A stretch of DNA of 63,976 nucleotides, filler included, from Ministeria vibrans ATCC 50519 (Eukaryota; Protista; Filasterea): assembly GCA_943704425.1 (NCBI GenBank). It is 6 parts of 6 records of this genome, joined end to end, with 100 filler letters (N's around TTAATTAATTAA, not from the genome) between each part and the next. Parts side by side here need not be neighbours in the genome. Positions count along the whole stretch, not along the records: positions 1 to 23,574 come from CALSCP010001727.1; positions 23,675 to 42,302 come from CALSCP010000408.1; 4 more parts are not named here. One strand, written 5' to 3'. The first letter of the stretch is position 1, and the number at the start of each line of letters is the position of its first letter. Under the pieces are notes generated by a model that was not told the origin of the DNA, did not search any database, and worked only from the letters and a program-made list of their open reading frames with translations. Below, in pieces: positions 12,775 to 24,685 of this stretch. The translations under genes and the position numbers were made by a program.

Positions 12775-13643
12775 GCAACCAAGGTTTTCCCTCCCGATGT
12801 ACTGAAGGAGTTCAACACGCTGTCGATTGTGTATCGTCAATTATCGAACAACTTCATCACGCAAGTTCCTCCGTACATCACCACTTCGTCATGGGATGGA
12901 CCTGCTGTTGACATGCTGGGTGCTGCACCTGCTACGGTTATCCCTGTTGCTGCTGCCCCTGCCGCTGCGGCCCCCACCCAGAGTCTCATTGGTGATCTGA
13001 TGGACTCGGACTTTGACGGCGGCGTCAGCGGCGCTACTCCCACCTCAAGTGTCCCCGACACGGGCATGTCGCTCTTATCGCTTGATTCACTCGACTCTAA
13101 CATGGCCCCTGGTATCCAACTCAATCCTGCGGTTGTGCTGGACGCCCCGTCGTTCGAGCAGAAGTGGACCGCGGCCGACATGTTCTCGTACGAGTGTGTG
13201 CTTGTTCCCTGCACATCCGACTAATTTCTTTCTTCTTTTTTTTCCGCTTTTCACATAGTCACTCGACGACACTACAACTCTCAGCTGTACCGTCTCTTGG
13301 TGAGTTTGAAGCGACGATGGACAAGGCGGCTCTCAAAACAATGGCTTCCAGCGAACAGCCTGATTTCCTCAAGTTCTACTTTTACGCTCAAGAGGTGCGA
13401 CCCCCCCCCCCCGCAAAAACAAAAACAAAACAAAAAGATTTGAGGGCGCGTTCAAAGGGAACCAACTAAACTAACGGTGGTGTACTTTAGCGTTACTCTC
13501 TTGCATTCTTCTTGCTTGAGGCGACTCTGATGCGCTCATCCCAGCAACTGTCGCTGCAGCTCAAGACGGACGACCCGACCATGACTGACGGACTCATCGA
13601 GTGCATTCGCCGTCCTCTCATTGGAAAATGGCTCGTGCAATAA
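12775..13643 (+). CDS. AP4B1: AP-4 complex beta subunit, C-terminal portion (end of trunk, hinge, appendage), 5'-truncated
   Basis: LKEFNTLSIVY; ear domain LDAPSFEQKW..KTMAS..LKFYFYAQE..FLLE..LQLKTDD; 3 exons; the first starts after an AG at 12774, just downstream of a (CT)n tract. Confidence 0.75.
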
Positions 13644-13747
13644 TAAACGCCCACACACCCACACCCACCCACCCCTACACACATTCACACACTTGCTCTC
13701 TTCTTTTCCCTGTTCTTTTATTGTCTTTACAATCATTATCAATATTA

Positions 13748-15723
13748 TTATACAATGAGCAACTCGGCAAGAAGACGCCTCGTCTGCTCAAAGCCATCAA
13801 TGTCCTCGGAGAATGTGTATGGATTCTTGACCACACGCGCGATCACATCAAGCACGACTGTGCGCCCAAAGCGCTGCTCGACCAGTCGCATGAGCAGACG
13901 GTCCTCAATGCCATCGCGTATCATGCGAAGTCGAACGGAATCGACGGGGACGGGCCGAGTGCCTCCAATACGCTCCACCGAGCCCGGATAGAATAGTGTC
14001 CCGTCGCCATTGCCCCCCGCATACAGTACGCTCTCCCATGCGTCTCCGTATACATCCATTGCGTTCGTGCCCCAGTACAGTTCCCCGTGAACATCCTCAA
14101 AGTATGACATCCAACTAAAAAATTAATTATTATCAGTGTATTAGAAACGAAACTCAATAATAATAATTATTATTTTGCTCTACATTGCATTGGCAATGAA
14201 ATTATATAATAAGAATAATAATAATAATATTATTATAATAGTATTAATATTAACATTATAAAAATATTATTATTATTATCATTATTATTATTATTTTCTT
14301 ATTTGTCTCACCTAAAAACGCGATTTTTAATGGCGCTGTGGTCTACCATGTACGACGGCCAGCCGGTATGACAGGTGTCTGAGGGCTGACATCCAACGGT
14401 GCAGCCGTCCGACTCGCACGACTGGTACCACCAGAGGGTCGCACAGGTATCGTACTCGGGTCGCTGGTGGAGCAGGTAGCACGCAGCGTCCTTCGAGTCG
14501 ACATAATTGATGATGGGTACCCACAAGTCGATGAGTGCAGTGATATTCTCGGCACGTGCTCGGTCCATTTCGGTGGTGCAGAGCACCCTGAGATGTGCGC
14601 TAGCCTCGTGAACAGCCTTGCCACGCGCTCGCAATTCATCCCAGTCGTCAGACGTGTGCGGCTCGTCTTGGGTGTAGTCGTAGAGACGCGACGACCAACC
14701 CCATGCGTCAAAGGTCTCGTAGAGCGTGCGCCAATATTCGATTTGTTTCGCAAGCAGTTCGTCGGTGCACACTGTGTTGGGCGTCGCAAGAGTGTCGCGA
14801 GTGAAGCCAGGCGGACGTCGCACAGCCGAGTCATTCGTAAACGACGAACAGTACGGCGTCACGGTGCCCACCGAAGAGAGCGTCGCGTTACGCAGTCCAA
14901 AGGGCAGAGCAATGCCCTCCATAAAGGGCGCCCAATGTTCGTGAGCGGCAGTCCAGTTGGGATGTGTCGACAAAATGGCAGCATCTGCCGCCAGTACACC
15001 CCCGAGGCTTACGCGGTTCATGAGTGCCGCGCGCGTGTACATTTGCGCCGTGAACAGCATTTCGCTGGTGTGATCCTTCCAGGCCGCACCGTACAGGGCT
15101 TGCAGCGCCGCCTCCGCATTCAACCCAAATTCAGTGTCGTACGTGGGATCGGACGACGGCAGCTTGAAAGGCCAGACGGTCACGGAAAGGCGCGCAGCAA
15201 GCTCGTCGCGTACGCTTCGTACCACCACCGTGATCTCGCTGAGACCCACGAGAGAGCTGGCGTCTGACGACGGAGCAAACACGTCGACCCACAAAACGCG
15301 ATTTTCCCCTGCGGGCACGCTGAACGGAAAGGCGTTTCGTTTCTCGCGAAAGAAATCGTCTACGTCGGGAATGAGAGGGTCTGGGTGGTAGCCTGTTGAT
15401 CCGTAGCAGTCAGACTCGTTGACGATGTTGAGATAGCCAACGCGCGAGACACGAAATTCAAGCGCGTGCAGAGCGTCCAACTCCAGGCTGAGCACATCGT
15501 CGACGGGCCCGTACACGACCACTTGAAACGACTCGTACTCGTCCTGGGCCATGAACACATGGTACGGCAAGGGCGCCCAGGTGGGCTGCGTTGCGTTGGG
15601 GGACATCTTCTGGAGCGGGGACACGATTGCGAGGGCACGGCCATCCGAGGGGCTGCAGAGCGACAAAACACCCAGTGTGCCGACGAGAAAGACAACAGCA
15701 GGTCGCATAGCCATATGACGCAT
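13748..15723 (-). CDS. Secreted DUF4091-domain protein (GH123-like glycoside hydrolase), 2 exons
   Basis: Signal peptide; EYESFQVV, PDPLIP, LWVDVFAP, YDYTQDEP, WWYQSCES, GWPSYMVD, GELYW, NGDGTLFYPG, SVRLRMIRDGIED (DUF4091 signature); AT-rich intron ~14115-14311. Confidence 0.85.
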
Positions 15724-15860
15724 CAAGATTTGAAAATTGAATGAAAATTGAAACTTGAACCGACTGCGATTATCGGTGCGATGACATCGATCGTGTCAAA
15801 AAAGTATCAAAGTCCAAGATTGATAACTTTTTTTTTTTTTTTTCTTCTAACTCAATTGGC

Positions 15861-18800
15861 ATGTCGAGGTATAGCATCCCCTAACGGGAGCCCTTTGCTT
15901 TGAAAAGCTCATCCCTTTCGCTCCTTCCAACTTCCAGCTCAGCCGTGTCGGAAGGCAGCGTTTCGCTCCACATCGAACGGCCCTTGCTGTTGCGCGTGTA
16001 CGGCGCGCCCTTTGGCCTGGTCTATGCCGGGGCAGTGTGGACCGCTTATCAACTGTACGACGAGCCCGACGATCAGTGGGAGGTGGCCTTGATTCTCATG
16101 CTTGGCGCCGCTCTCGTCCATCTTCTCGTGGCACTCTCGACTGTCTGGTCTGTGCGCCTGCGCTGCCTGCTCACATGCAACCCAGTGACACTGCAGTCAA
16201 TGTCCCAGGCGCGACTTGTCTGTGTGATCCCAGCGCGCAAGGAGCACGGGCGGGCCGAAATGGTTCCGCTCGATTTTGACGCGCGGCGCAATCGCTTCTC
16301 GTTTGTCTTCCAGAAGATCAAGCACGTCTGGTCGACGGACGAATCGCGCTTTGTACCGGTGCGCTTTGAGACCGATCGGCCCGTCGGGAGCTACTGCAAC
16401 ACGCGCGGGCTGCGTGGCGCCGACTCCATTGCGGAAACGCTCGCACTGTACGGTGACAACACCTTTGAGATTCCCATGCCGACCTTTCGCGAGCTCTTCA
16501 TCGAGCAGGCGACCGCACCCTTCTTTGTCTTCCAGATGGTCACCGTGGGTCTGTGGCTCCTTGACGAGTACTGGTACTTCAGTCTGTTCACACTCATGAT
16601 GCTCGTGGTCTTTGAGAGTACTGTCGTCATGCAGCGACAGCGCAACATTCGCGAGTTTCGTCAGATGCGTCAGCGTCCCTACGACGTGTACGTGTACCGC
16701 GACGAGCGCTGGACCAAAATCCGCTCGGATCAACTGCTTCCGGGCGACCTCGTTTCGATTGTGCGCTTGCAGGACACGACGGGCGTCACGGCCATTGGCA
16801 GCGACGGCGAGGACGACGAGGACGAGAACGCCGTGTCGCTGCCCTGCGACTTGCTTCTCCTCGCCGGCGACTGTGTTGTCAACGAGGCCATGCTCACCGG
16901 TGAGTCTGTACCGCAAATGAAAGAACCCCTCGCGGCGGTGGCCACGCCGGAAGCGAGCGAGGCAAATCCCGACAACGCCCAGCCAACCACAACGGCAGAT
17001 GCGTCGAGTGCTCCCTCAACAGAAGCGAGCGACGCGAGTCCCGCCAACGCAAGTGCCACAGCAGCAGGTGCGTCGAGCGCAGATGTTGTCACTACAATGT
17101 GTGCCGCCGACCAAGTGCCACTCGATGTGACGGGCCTGCATCGCGTGCACTTGCTCTCGGGAGGCACGACAGTGGTGCAGGCGTCATCGCCGACGGCCGC
17201 TCAGCTTGCCTCCTCGCTGGGTCTTCGCAGTGCTCCGCCCGACCGTGGCTCCGTTGCTTACGTTCTGCGCACTGGGTTCCACACGAACCAGGGCGATCTG
17301 ATGCGCACCATTCTGTTCAGCACGGAGCGCGTGACAGCCAACAGCTGGGAAACGTTTGGCTTCATTATGTTCCTGCTGGTATTTGCGCTTGTGGCGTCGC
17401 ACTATGTGTGGACGCACGGCACGACCGCCAAGCGCACCCGCTACAAGCTGCTGCTTGAGTGCATTCTCATCATCACGAGCGTCGTGCCACCCGAGCTGCC
17501 CATGGAGTTGAGCATGGCCGTCAATGTGAGTCTCATTGAGCTCGCCAAGCAGTACATCTTCTGCACCGAGCCCTTTCGCATTCCGTTTGGCGGCAAAATC
17601 GACGTGTGCTGCTTCGACAAGACAGGAACGCTCACGAGCAACGACCTTGTCATTGATGGCGTGGCGGGCGTGCCGGACTGCAGCGACACACAGCTGACAG
17701 GACTCGCCAATGTGCCGAGCGAGACTCAGTCCATTCTCGCGTGTTGCCAGTCGCTCATGATGCTCGACAATGCCGTTGTGGGCGATCCGCTGGAGAAGGC
17801 GACGCTTGCCGCCCTGGACTGGCAGCTGCGACCCAACAGCGTGGCACCGCGCACGGGCGGCAAGGCGCGCAGCATGGCCATTGTGCACCGTTATCACTTC
17901 ACAAGTGCCCTCAAGCGCATGTCGGTGATTGCGCGCAGTGGCAGTCCTGCTGCAACCCCCACCCGCTCCGACAACTATCTCATTTGCGCCAAGGGTGCGC
18001 CCGAGGTTATCGAGAAGCTTCTCAAGGAGGTGCCCGCTCAGTACGAGGCCACTCATTTGCACTGGGCGCGTCGCGGCGCTCGGGTGCTCTCGCTCGCATA
18101 CCGGCGTGTCACCGGCGTGTTACGGCACGAGGTGGAGGCGCTGGCTCGCGAGCAGGTTGAGTGTGATCTGGTCTTTGCCGGTTTCCTTGTCGTGTCGTGT
18201 CCGCTGAAAAAGGACACGGCCGAGGTGCTCAAGGGACTGCGCAAGTCGTCGCACCACCTTGTCATGATCACGGGCGACAGTCCCCTTACGGCGTGTCATG
18301 TCGCCGGCGAAGTCTCCATTACGAGCCGACCGGTGCTGATGCTCCATCAGAAGAGTCAGTCGAGCAGTGGCGAGTGGGAGTGGGAGACGATTGCGGGCGA
18401 CCGCCGTGTGCCGTTGGACCAGAGCAGCGATGCACTGCGCACGCTTGTATCTACCTTTGATCTGTGTGTGACAGGCGCAGGGCTCACCTACCTTGAGACG
18501 CTTGGCGGTTGGGACCTGCTCAAGCGCATTGTGCCGCATGTGCGAGTGTACGCGCGTGTGGCGCCGCAGCAGAAGCAGCAGATTGTGCACACACTCAACG
18601 AGCTTGGCTTTGGCACGCTTATGTGCGGGGATGGCACCAACGATGTGGGTGCGCTCAAGCAGGCAAGTGTGGGCGTCGCTCTGCTCGACGGCACACCCGA
18701 GTCGCTCAAGCGTGAGACGGTTGAGCGACAGAAAGTGCAGGCGAGGATGCGTGAGCGCCAGATTGCGGCACAAAAGACGCGATGGGAGGCGGTGCGTGCG

Positions 18801-20055
18801 TCGGGGGATGCGGCGCGACAGGCGGCGCTGCAGGAGCAAGCAAACCGTATGATCCAAGAGGCGTCGGACATGGCGCAGGAGGTTCCCGTCATCAAGTTTG
18901 GCGATGCTTCCATTGCCTCGCCCTTTACATCTAAGCTCTCATCGACCATGGCCGTCGTGCGTGTCATCCGCCAAGGTCGCTGTACCCTCGTCACGACCCT
19001 CCAGATGTTCCGCATTCTTGCTCTTAACTCGCTCATCATGGCCTACTCACTCTCCGTTCTCTACCTTGACGGTATCAAACCCGGTGACACGTAAGACCAA
19101 TCGAAAATTTCTCTCTTTCTCTATCACTTTCTTTCTTACTCTCTCGCTTTCCATCACTTTCTTTCTTCCTCCTCTCTCCATCACTTTGTTTCTTTCTCCC
19201 TCCCCTCTCACTCTCACTCTCTCTCTTTCTCTTTCTTTTCTCTCTCTCTCTCTCTCTCATCATAAACATTATAATATATTATTATGTATCTCGCCAGTCA
19301 AGCAACCGTGCAGGGTTTGCTGCTGGCGGGCTGCTTTCTGTTTGTCTCGCGCTCCAAGCCGCTGCACAAGCTGTCGCGTCAGAGACCCCTCACTCGCGTC
19401 TTCAGTGTCTACATGCTCGTGACTGTCCTGCTTCAATTTGCTGTGCATCTCTCGTCGCTTCTCTTGGTCATGAACGAGGCGAAACGTCTCGATGGCGCAC
19501 CGTACGCCAACAGTGTAAAAAGGAGATCAAGACATCTTAACATTTTTCTATAGTGATCCGACAGCGGAAGACTTTGATGTGGAGGCCGAGTTCACTGCGA
19601 CCACCCTTAACACATCCGTGTTTCTTATCTCCATGTGGATGCACGTCTGCAACTTTGCCATCAATCATGAGGTAGGGAAAGAGTGAAGGAATCGAGCGAG
19701 ACATGCACATGCTCACGCTTCAACATTGTGTTCTTGTAGGGACATCCCTTTAAGGAGTCGATTATGGAGAACCGCGGGTTGTTCTACAGCCTGACAGCCA
19801 CCATTCTGGTGGTACTGTTGGCGACAGTGGGTGTTGCCGATGATCTTCTTGAGATGATGGAGATGGTTCAGTTGCCCGATACGGTAGTGACGAGTGTTCA
19901 CAAGTGCTGAGCCATCCCCTTTTCTGATCTTTCTCTTCTTTTAGTTTCGAATGTATTTGTTGCAGGTGATGGCAGCTGACTTTGCGGTGGCGTACATCTG
20001 CGATCGGACGCTCAGGAGGTTTTTTGGACAAGGATCATTCCGAAAGCTCGAATGA
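15861..20055 (+). CDS. ATP13A1: P5A-type ATPase (ATP13A1/Spf1), multi-exon
   Basis: LTGES, PPELP (P5A), [47 protein letters not shown]; last exon ends ..FRKLE* at 20055. Confidence 0.96.
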
Positions 20056-20112
20056 AACTGAACTCAGAATATTGGAAAAAAAAAATGAGTATCTCGTAAA
20101 TTTCGGTTTCGA

Positions 20113-20182
20113 AAGTCTACGGCGCAAGCATTGTGCTGCTCTTTGTGCTGTAGTGTGGCATGTGCAGGCTGTTGAGTACAGC
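20113..20182 (+). repeat. Dispersed repeat family, partial copy upstream of POLR1B
   Basis: AAGTCTACGGCGcAAGcATTGTGCTGCTCTTTGT followed by TTGAGTACAGC at nearly the same spacing as in 5301-5369. Confidence 0.75.
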
Positions 20183-20321
20183 ACTGTTTGCTTCTTTTGT
20201 TCTCCCTCTTTTTAATGCCAAACGTATCCTATTTTTCCAAATAATTTGATATTCATTAAAATAATATCATATTTTGTGATTTGAACATTATTTTCAGCGT
20301 CGTCGTACAGCTCCGCACAGA

Positions 20322-21023
20322 ATGGAGGACAGATCAAAGGACGCGGCGGGAAAGAGCGTCCCGGCGCAGCTGCAGCCGACCGTGTTCGGCGACGAGCACC
20401 AGGGCCTGGTGGGCATTGTGCAGCCTCATGTGCAGTCGTTTGACGAGCTCTTCGTCGACACGCTGCCCTCCATCGTCACCGGCCTGCCTCCAGTCGAGGT
20501 GGTCGACACCAAGGGCGTCCACATGCGTGCCAAAATCGTCCAGGTGGAGCTCGGCCGCCCCGATGTGGGCGAGGCGACGGGGCGCACGGTAAAAGCACTG
20601 CCAGCGAACGTGTCCCTCTGCGCACTCCCCCGCCCGCCCAACCCACGCCCCGTGTGTGTGTGTCGCCCGGCGCCAGAGACTCGTCGAGTCCGCCGGCGCG
20701 GCACCTCGCTCTTGCCGGCACATGCCGCCATATATATAATTCAGATATTACTTTTGCGTTTGCGATCAATCCATCGTCGCTAAGACCTTTCCGTTGTGCA
20801 GGGTATTGTCGATGCCAGCGGCAATGTGACGGGTTCGGCGGTGCGTATGAACATGCGCGACACGGGCGACACGCGTCTGTTTCCGTCGCACTGTCGCGAG
20901 GCAGCGCTCACGTACCGCTCACGCTTACGAGTGCTCGTCCGCTGCCACGTCCATGGCGAAGCCGCTCCCATTGAGGTGTGGGCCAATGCTGGGCGCATCC
21001 CTATCATGCTGCGAAGGTACCTG

Positions 21024-21067
<44 letters not shown>

Positions 21068-23434
21068 CTTGTTTGTGTATGTGTGTGTGTGTGTGTGTCT
21101 GTGTGTGTGTGTGTGTGTGTGTGGACTTGTGGCTTGTGTTGATTGTTTTGCTCCTCCCTCTCTCTTTTTTCTTCGCAGCAAACTGTGCTACCTTGCTGGC
21201 ATGACACCGAAACAGTTGATCTCGATGGGTGAAGAGCAGCACGAGATGGGCGGTTACTTCATTATCAGTGGCAACGAACGTGTGCTTCGTCTGGTGGTGC
21301 AGCCTCGTCGCAACACGGCGCTCGTGTACGAGAGCTCTGCCTACGCACGCAGCGGTCCCCTCTACACCCGTTTTGTCGTCAAAATGCGCAGTGTGCGACC
21401 CGACAACACAGGCATCAAACAGTCTATTCACCTGATGACGGACGGATGCTGCACTCTGCGCGTGCGCCTCAAGCGTGACTACCTCATCCCGTGCACCGTG
21501 CTGTTGCATGCCTTCATCGAGACGACCGACCAGCACATCTTCAATGCCATCTGTGCCGGCGGTGCGTCTACCACCGACTCGGTCACATCGGACCTCGCAC
21601 GCCACATGCTTGCCGTCTCGTCGCAGGGCACCCCCGGCATTGACCGCCCCGCCTCCTGGTCGCGCTACGACACGCTGGCGTTCATCGGACGTCATTTCCG
21701 CTCCGAAAATGGACTTGACGTCCCCGACCGCTGGTGCGACGCCCATGTAGGCGCCCATTTTCTCCACACGTGCGTCTTTCCCCACCTCAACGACTCCATG
21801 GAGGCGGAGCGCAGTGATCTCCTCACCGATCCCTCCGACGAGTTCTCAGCGGACGACCCCGCGACATGGCGTCCACCTGTCGTCCCAGGCGACACCGCCA
21901 AGTTCAACTGGCTTATTTTGTGCTTCCACAAGCTGTACTCGGTCATGCGCGGCGACACACGCCCCGATAACGAAGACGAGCCCATGAATCAGGAGGTGCT
22001 GGTCCCCGGGCGCTCGTACACCATCGCACTGCGCGAGAAGCTTACGCAGTGGCTGCTGGGGCTCACCCGCGTCATTGACAACGAACGTCGTCGCCGCAAG
22101 GACGAGTGCGTCTTTACCGCAAACGCAGACTACATCGCGCGCCTCGTCACGGGCCTCGACACTGACCCCGTCGACCGCATCTCAACCTTCCTTGCGACAG
22201 GAAACCTCCTTGGTCGCACTGAGCTTGATATGCCTCAAACCACCGGATTTACCAGTAAGTGCACACAGAGAGGGAGACACAAAGACACAAAATGATGGAG
22301 AGGAAAAACCAAAAAAAAAAAATTAACAAAGGGTTAAAGAGAGAGAGGGAGATAGCGAGACAGCGCGCTCGACTCAACCTTTTCCGTCCCTTTTTTTGCT
22401 CGTAGTCGTGGCAGACAAGCTCAACTATGTGCGATACGTGTCGCACTTCCGCTCGATCCATCGTGGTGCCTTCTTTACCGACATGAAGACGACGGCAGTG
22501 CGCAAGCTGCTTCCGTCCGCCTGGGGCTTCCTGTGCCCCGTGCACACGCCCGACGGTTCCCCCTGCGGTCTCCTCAACCATCTCGCGCGCGACTGTTTCA
22601 TCACCGTCACTCTCGACCCGTCTGCGTCCGCTCGTCTCCACCACACCTGCGTCTCCCTCGGCATGCAACCCGTTTCGTCCGGTCCCGTCGCTCCGCCCCT
22701 TCACCTTCCCATTACCATCGATGGCCGTGTTGCCGGCTACATCCACACCCTCAAGGCGGCCGCCCTCGTTCGTTCCCTCCGCGCTCTCAAAGTATATGCC
22801 AATTGTGCTCAACTCGCCCGTTGACTGATATTTCTGTGTAGTTGGATGAGACGGACGACTCGGTGTCGCGCTACACAGAGATTGTTTCGGTGCCGTCGTC
22901 GTCGGGTGAGCGCGGGCTCTTTGCCGGGCTCTTCCTCTACACCTCGCCCGGTCGTATGATGCGTCCAGTTCACAGCCTTGCCGCAAACACGATTGAGTTT
23001 ATCGGCTCTATGGAACAGGTACGAGAAATATATATATATATATATATATGTGTGTGTATGGTACTCATTGACTGGATTGTTTTAGGTGTTTATGGACATT
23101 GCCGTGTTTGCACATGAGATCCGCAGTGCTGCGACGGACGCGTTCAAGACGACGCACGTTGAGCTGGCGCCCGACAAGTTCCTGAGTGCGGTGGCACAGC
23201 AGACGCCCTTTAGTGACTTCAACCAGAGCCCCCGTAACATGTACCAGTGCCAAATGGGTAAACAGACAATGGGCACGCCGGGCCATGCTACCCACCTGCG
23301 CTCCGACAACAAGCTCTATGTGTTGCGGACTCCCCAACGCCCCCTCGTGCGCAACGAGGAAGCGCATTCGTCGATGCTCATGGACGAGTACCCCAACGGA
23401 ACCAACGCGGTCGTAGCAGTCATCTCATACACTG
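20322..23434 (+). CDS. POLR1B: RNA polymerase I second-largest subunit (RPA2/RPA135), 3'-truncated at scaffold end
   Basis: [107 protein letters not shown]. Confidence 0.95.
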
Positions 23435-23475
23435 GTAAGACAGACAGACAACAGACAAGATAAAAGTATTATTAC

Positions 23476-23574
<99 letters not shown>

Positions 23575-23674
23575 NNNNNNNNNNNNNNNNNNNNNNNNNN
23601 NNNNNNNNNNNNNNNNNNTTAATTAATTAANNNNNNNNNNNNNNNNNNNNNNNNNNNNNNNNNNNNNNNNNNNN
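23575..23674. other. Artificial scaffold linker N44-TTAATTAATTAA-N44 (also 42303-42402, 57005-57104, 60209-60308, 62763-62862)
   Basis: The same 100-nt spacer, with stops in all six frames, occurs five times and flanking genes break off at it. Confidence 0.97.
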
Positions 23675-23756
<82 letters not shown>

Positions 23757-23775
23757 GGCCTCTCACTTATTTCAG

Positions 23776-24451
23776 ATCAGAATATGAGTCGTGGTGCTCT
23801 TCTTCTTGTCGAAATGAGCTCTGCCGGTTCACTCGCCACTGTATAAGCCATCCACAAAAATTATTTCTTTTTTACTTATCCACTTCTACTTATTAGGGAG
23901 TCTACTCCACAAATGCCCTTAAAATGGCAGAACAAAACAAAGGTAGTACAATTTCAATCATATGACATATGTCATACTTTTTACGTGTGTGTAGATTTTG
24001 TGTGTGGTATCATCACACAAACAGTGAGCAGTACTGAGATTGGACTGATCCACTTCACTCCGGGTGTGAATATCACATCCAATGTGGACTCACTCGGCCA
24101 ACAGTACAACGATCCTCAGACCGTAAGCCATCCTTTTTTAAGCACACTATTATTTGGAAATTGCACTCGAAAGGGTGTTTTGACGTGGAGTGACTGAACC
24201 GTTACTCGTACTGCTTTGCTCTCACTCTCATTGACTTTCCCTCACTCGATCGTTGACTTTTACCTACTCTCATTGACTGTCCCTCTTCATTTTTGTTCTT
24301 TCTTGACTCATCTCTTTTTTGTTAGTTGAGTGATCGTGGCACTGACGTGTTTATTGTGGGTCGTGGCATCTGCAACGCGGCCGATCCTCTCGCCCAGTGT
24401 GTGCTCTACAAAGAACTGTGCTGGAATGCCTATGTTGAGCGCACTGAGTGA
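23776..24451 (+). CDS. UMPS: OMP decarboxylase (UMP synthase C-terminal part), 4 exons, 5'-truncated
   Basis: Spliced RGALLLVEMSSAGSLAT|GVYSTNALKMAEQNK|DFVCGII..HFTPGV..DSLGQQYNDP|..RGTDVFIVGRGI..WNAY. Whether it is fused to OPRTase cannot be seen. Confidence 0.9.
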
Positions 24452-24685
24452 TCAAATCTTCTTCGATCGAAGAGAATGTGAATGCAGAATTGCTTAGCTT
24501 TGTTCGTGTGCATAATTCCAAAAGAACAAAAGAATGACGTATTCATAATGATTATTATTTTATTAATAATAATAGTTAAAAAAAAAATCCACATGAAACA
24601 AAAAAAGAAATCTCTCTCTCTATCCTCTCACACGCAAACTTCATGCAAATCAAACTTCAGATGAACATCAATACTCGTTATCATT

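Noticed and set aside
23619-23630. Recurrent palindrome-like TTAATTAATTAA as a biological motif
   Set aside because: It is always centred in 88 Ns, so it is an artificial scaffold linker.
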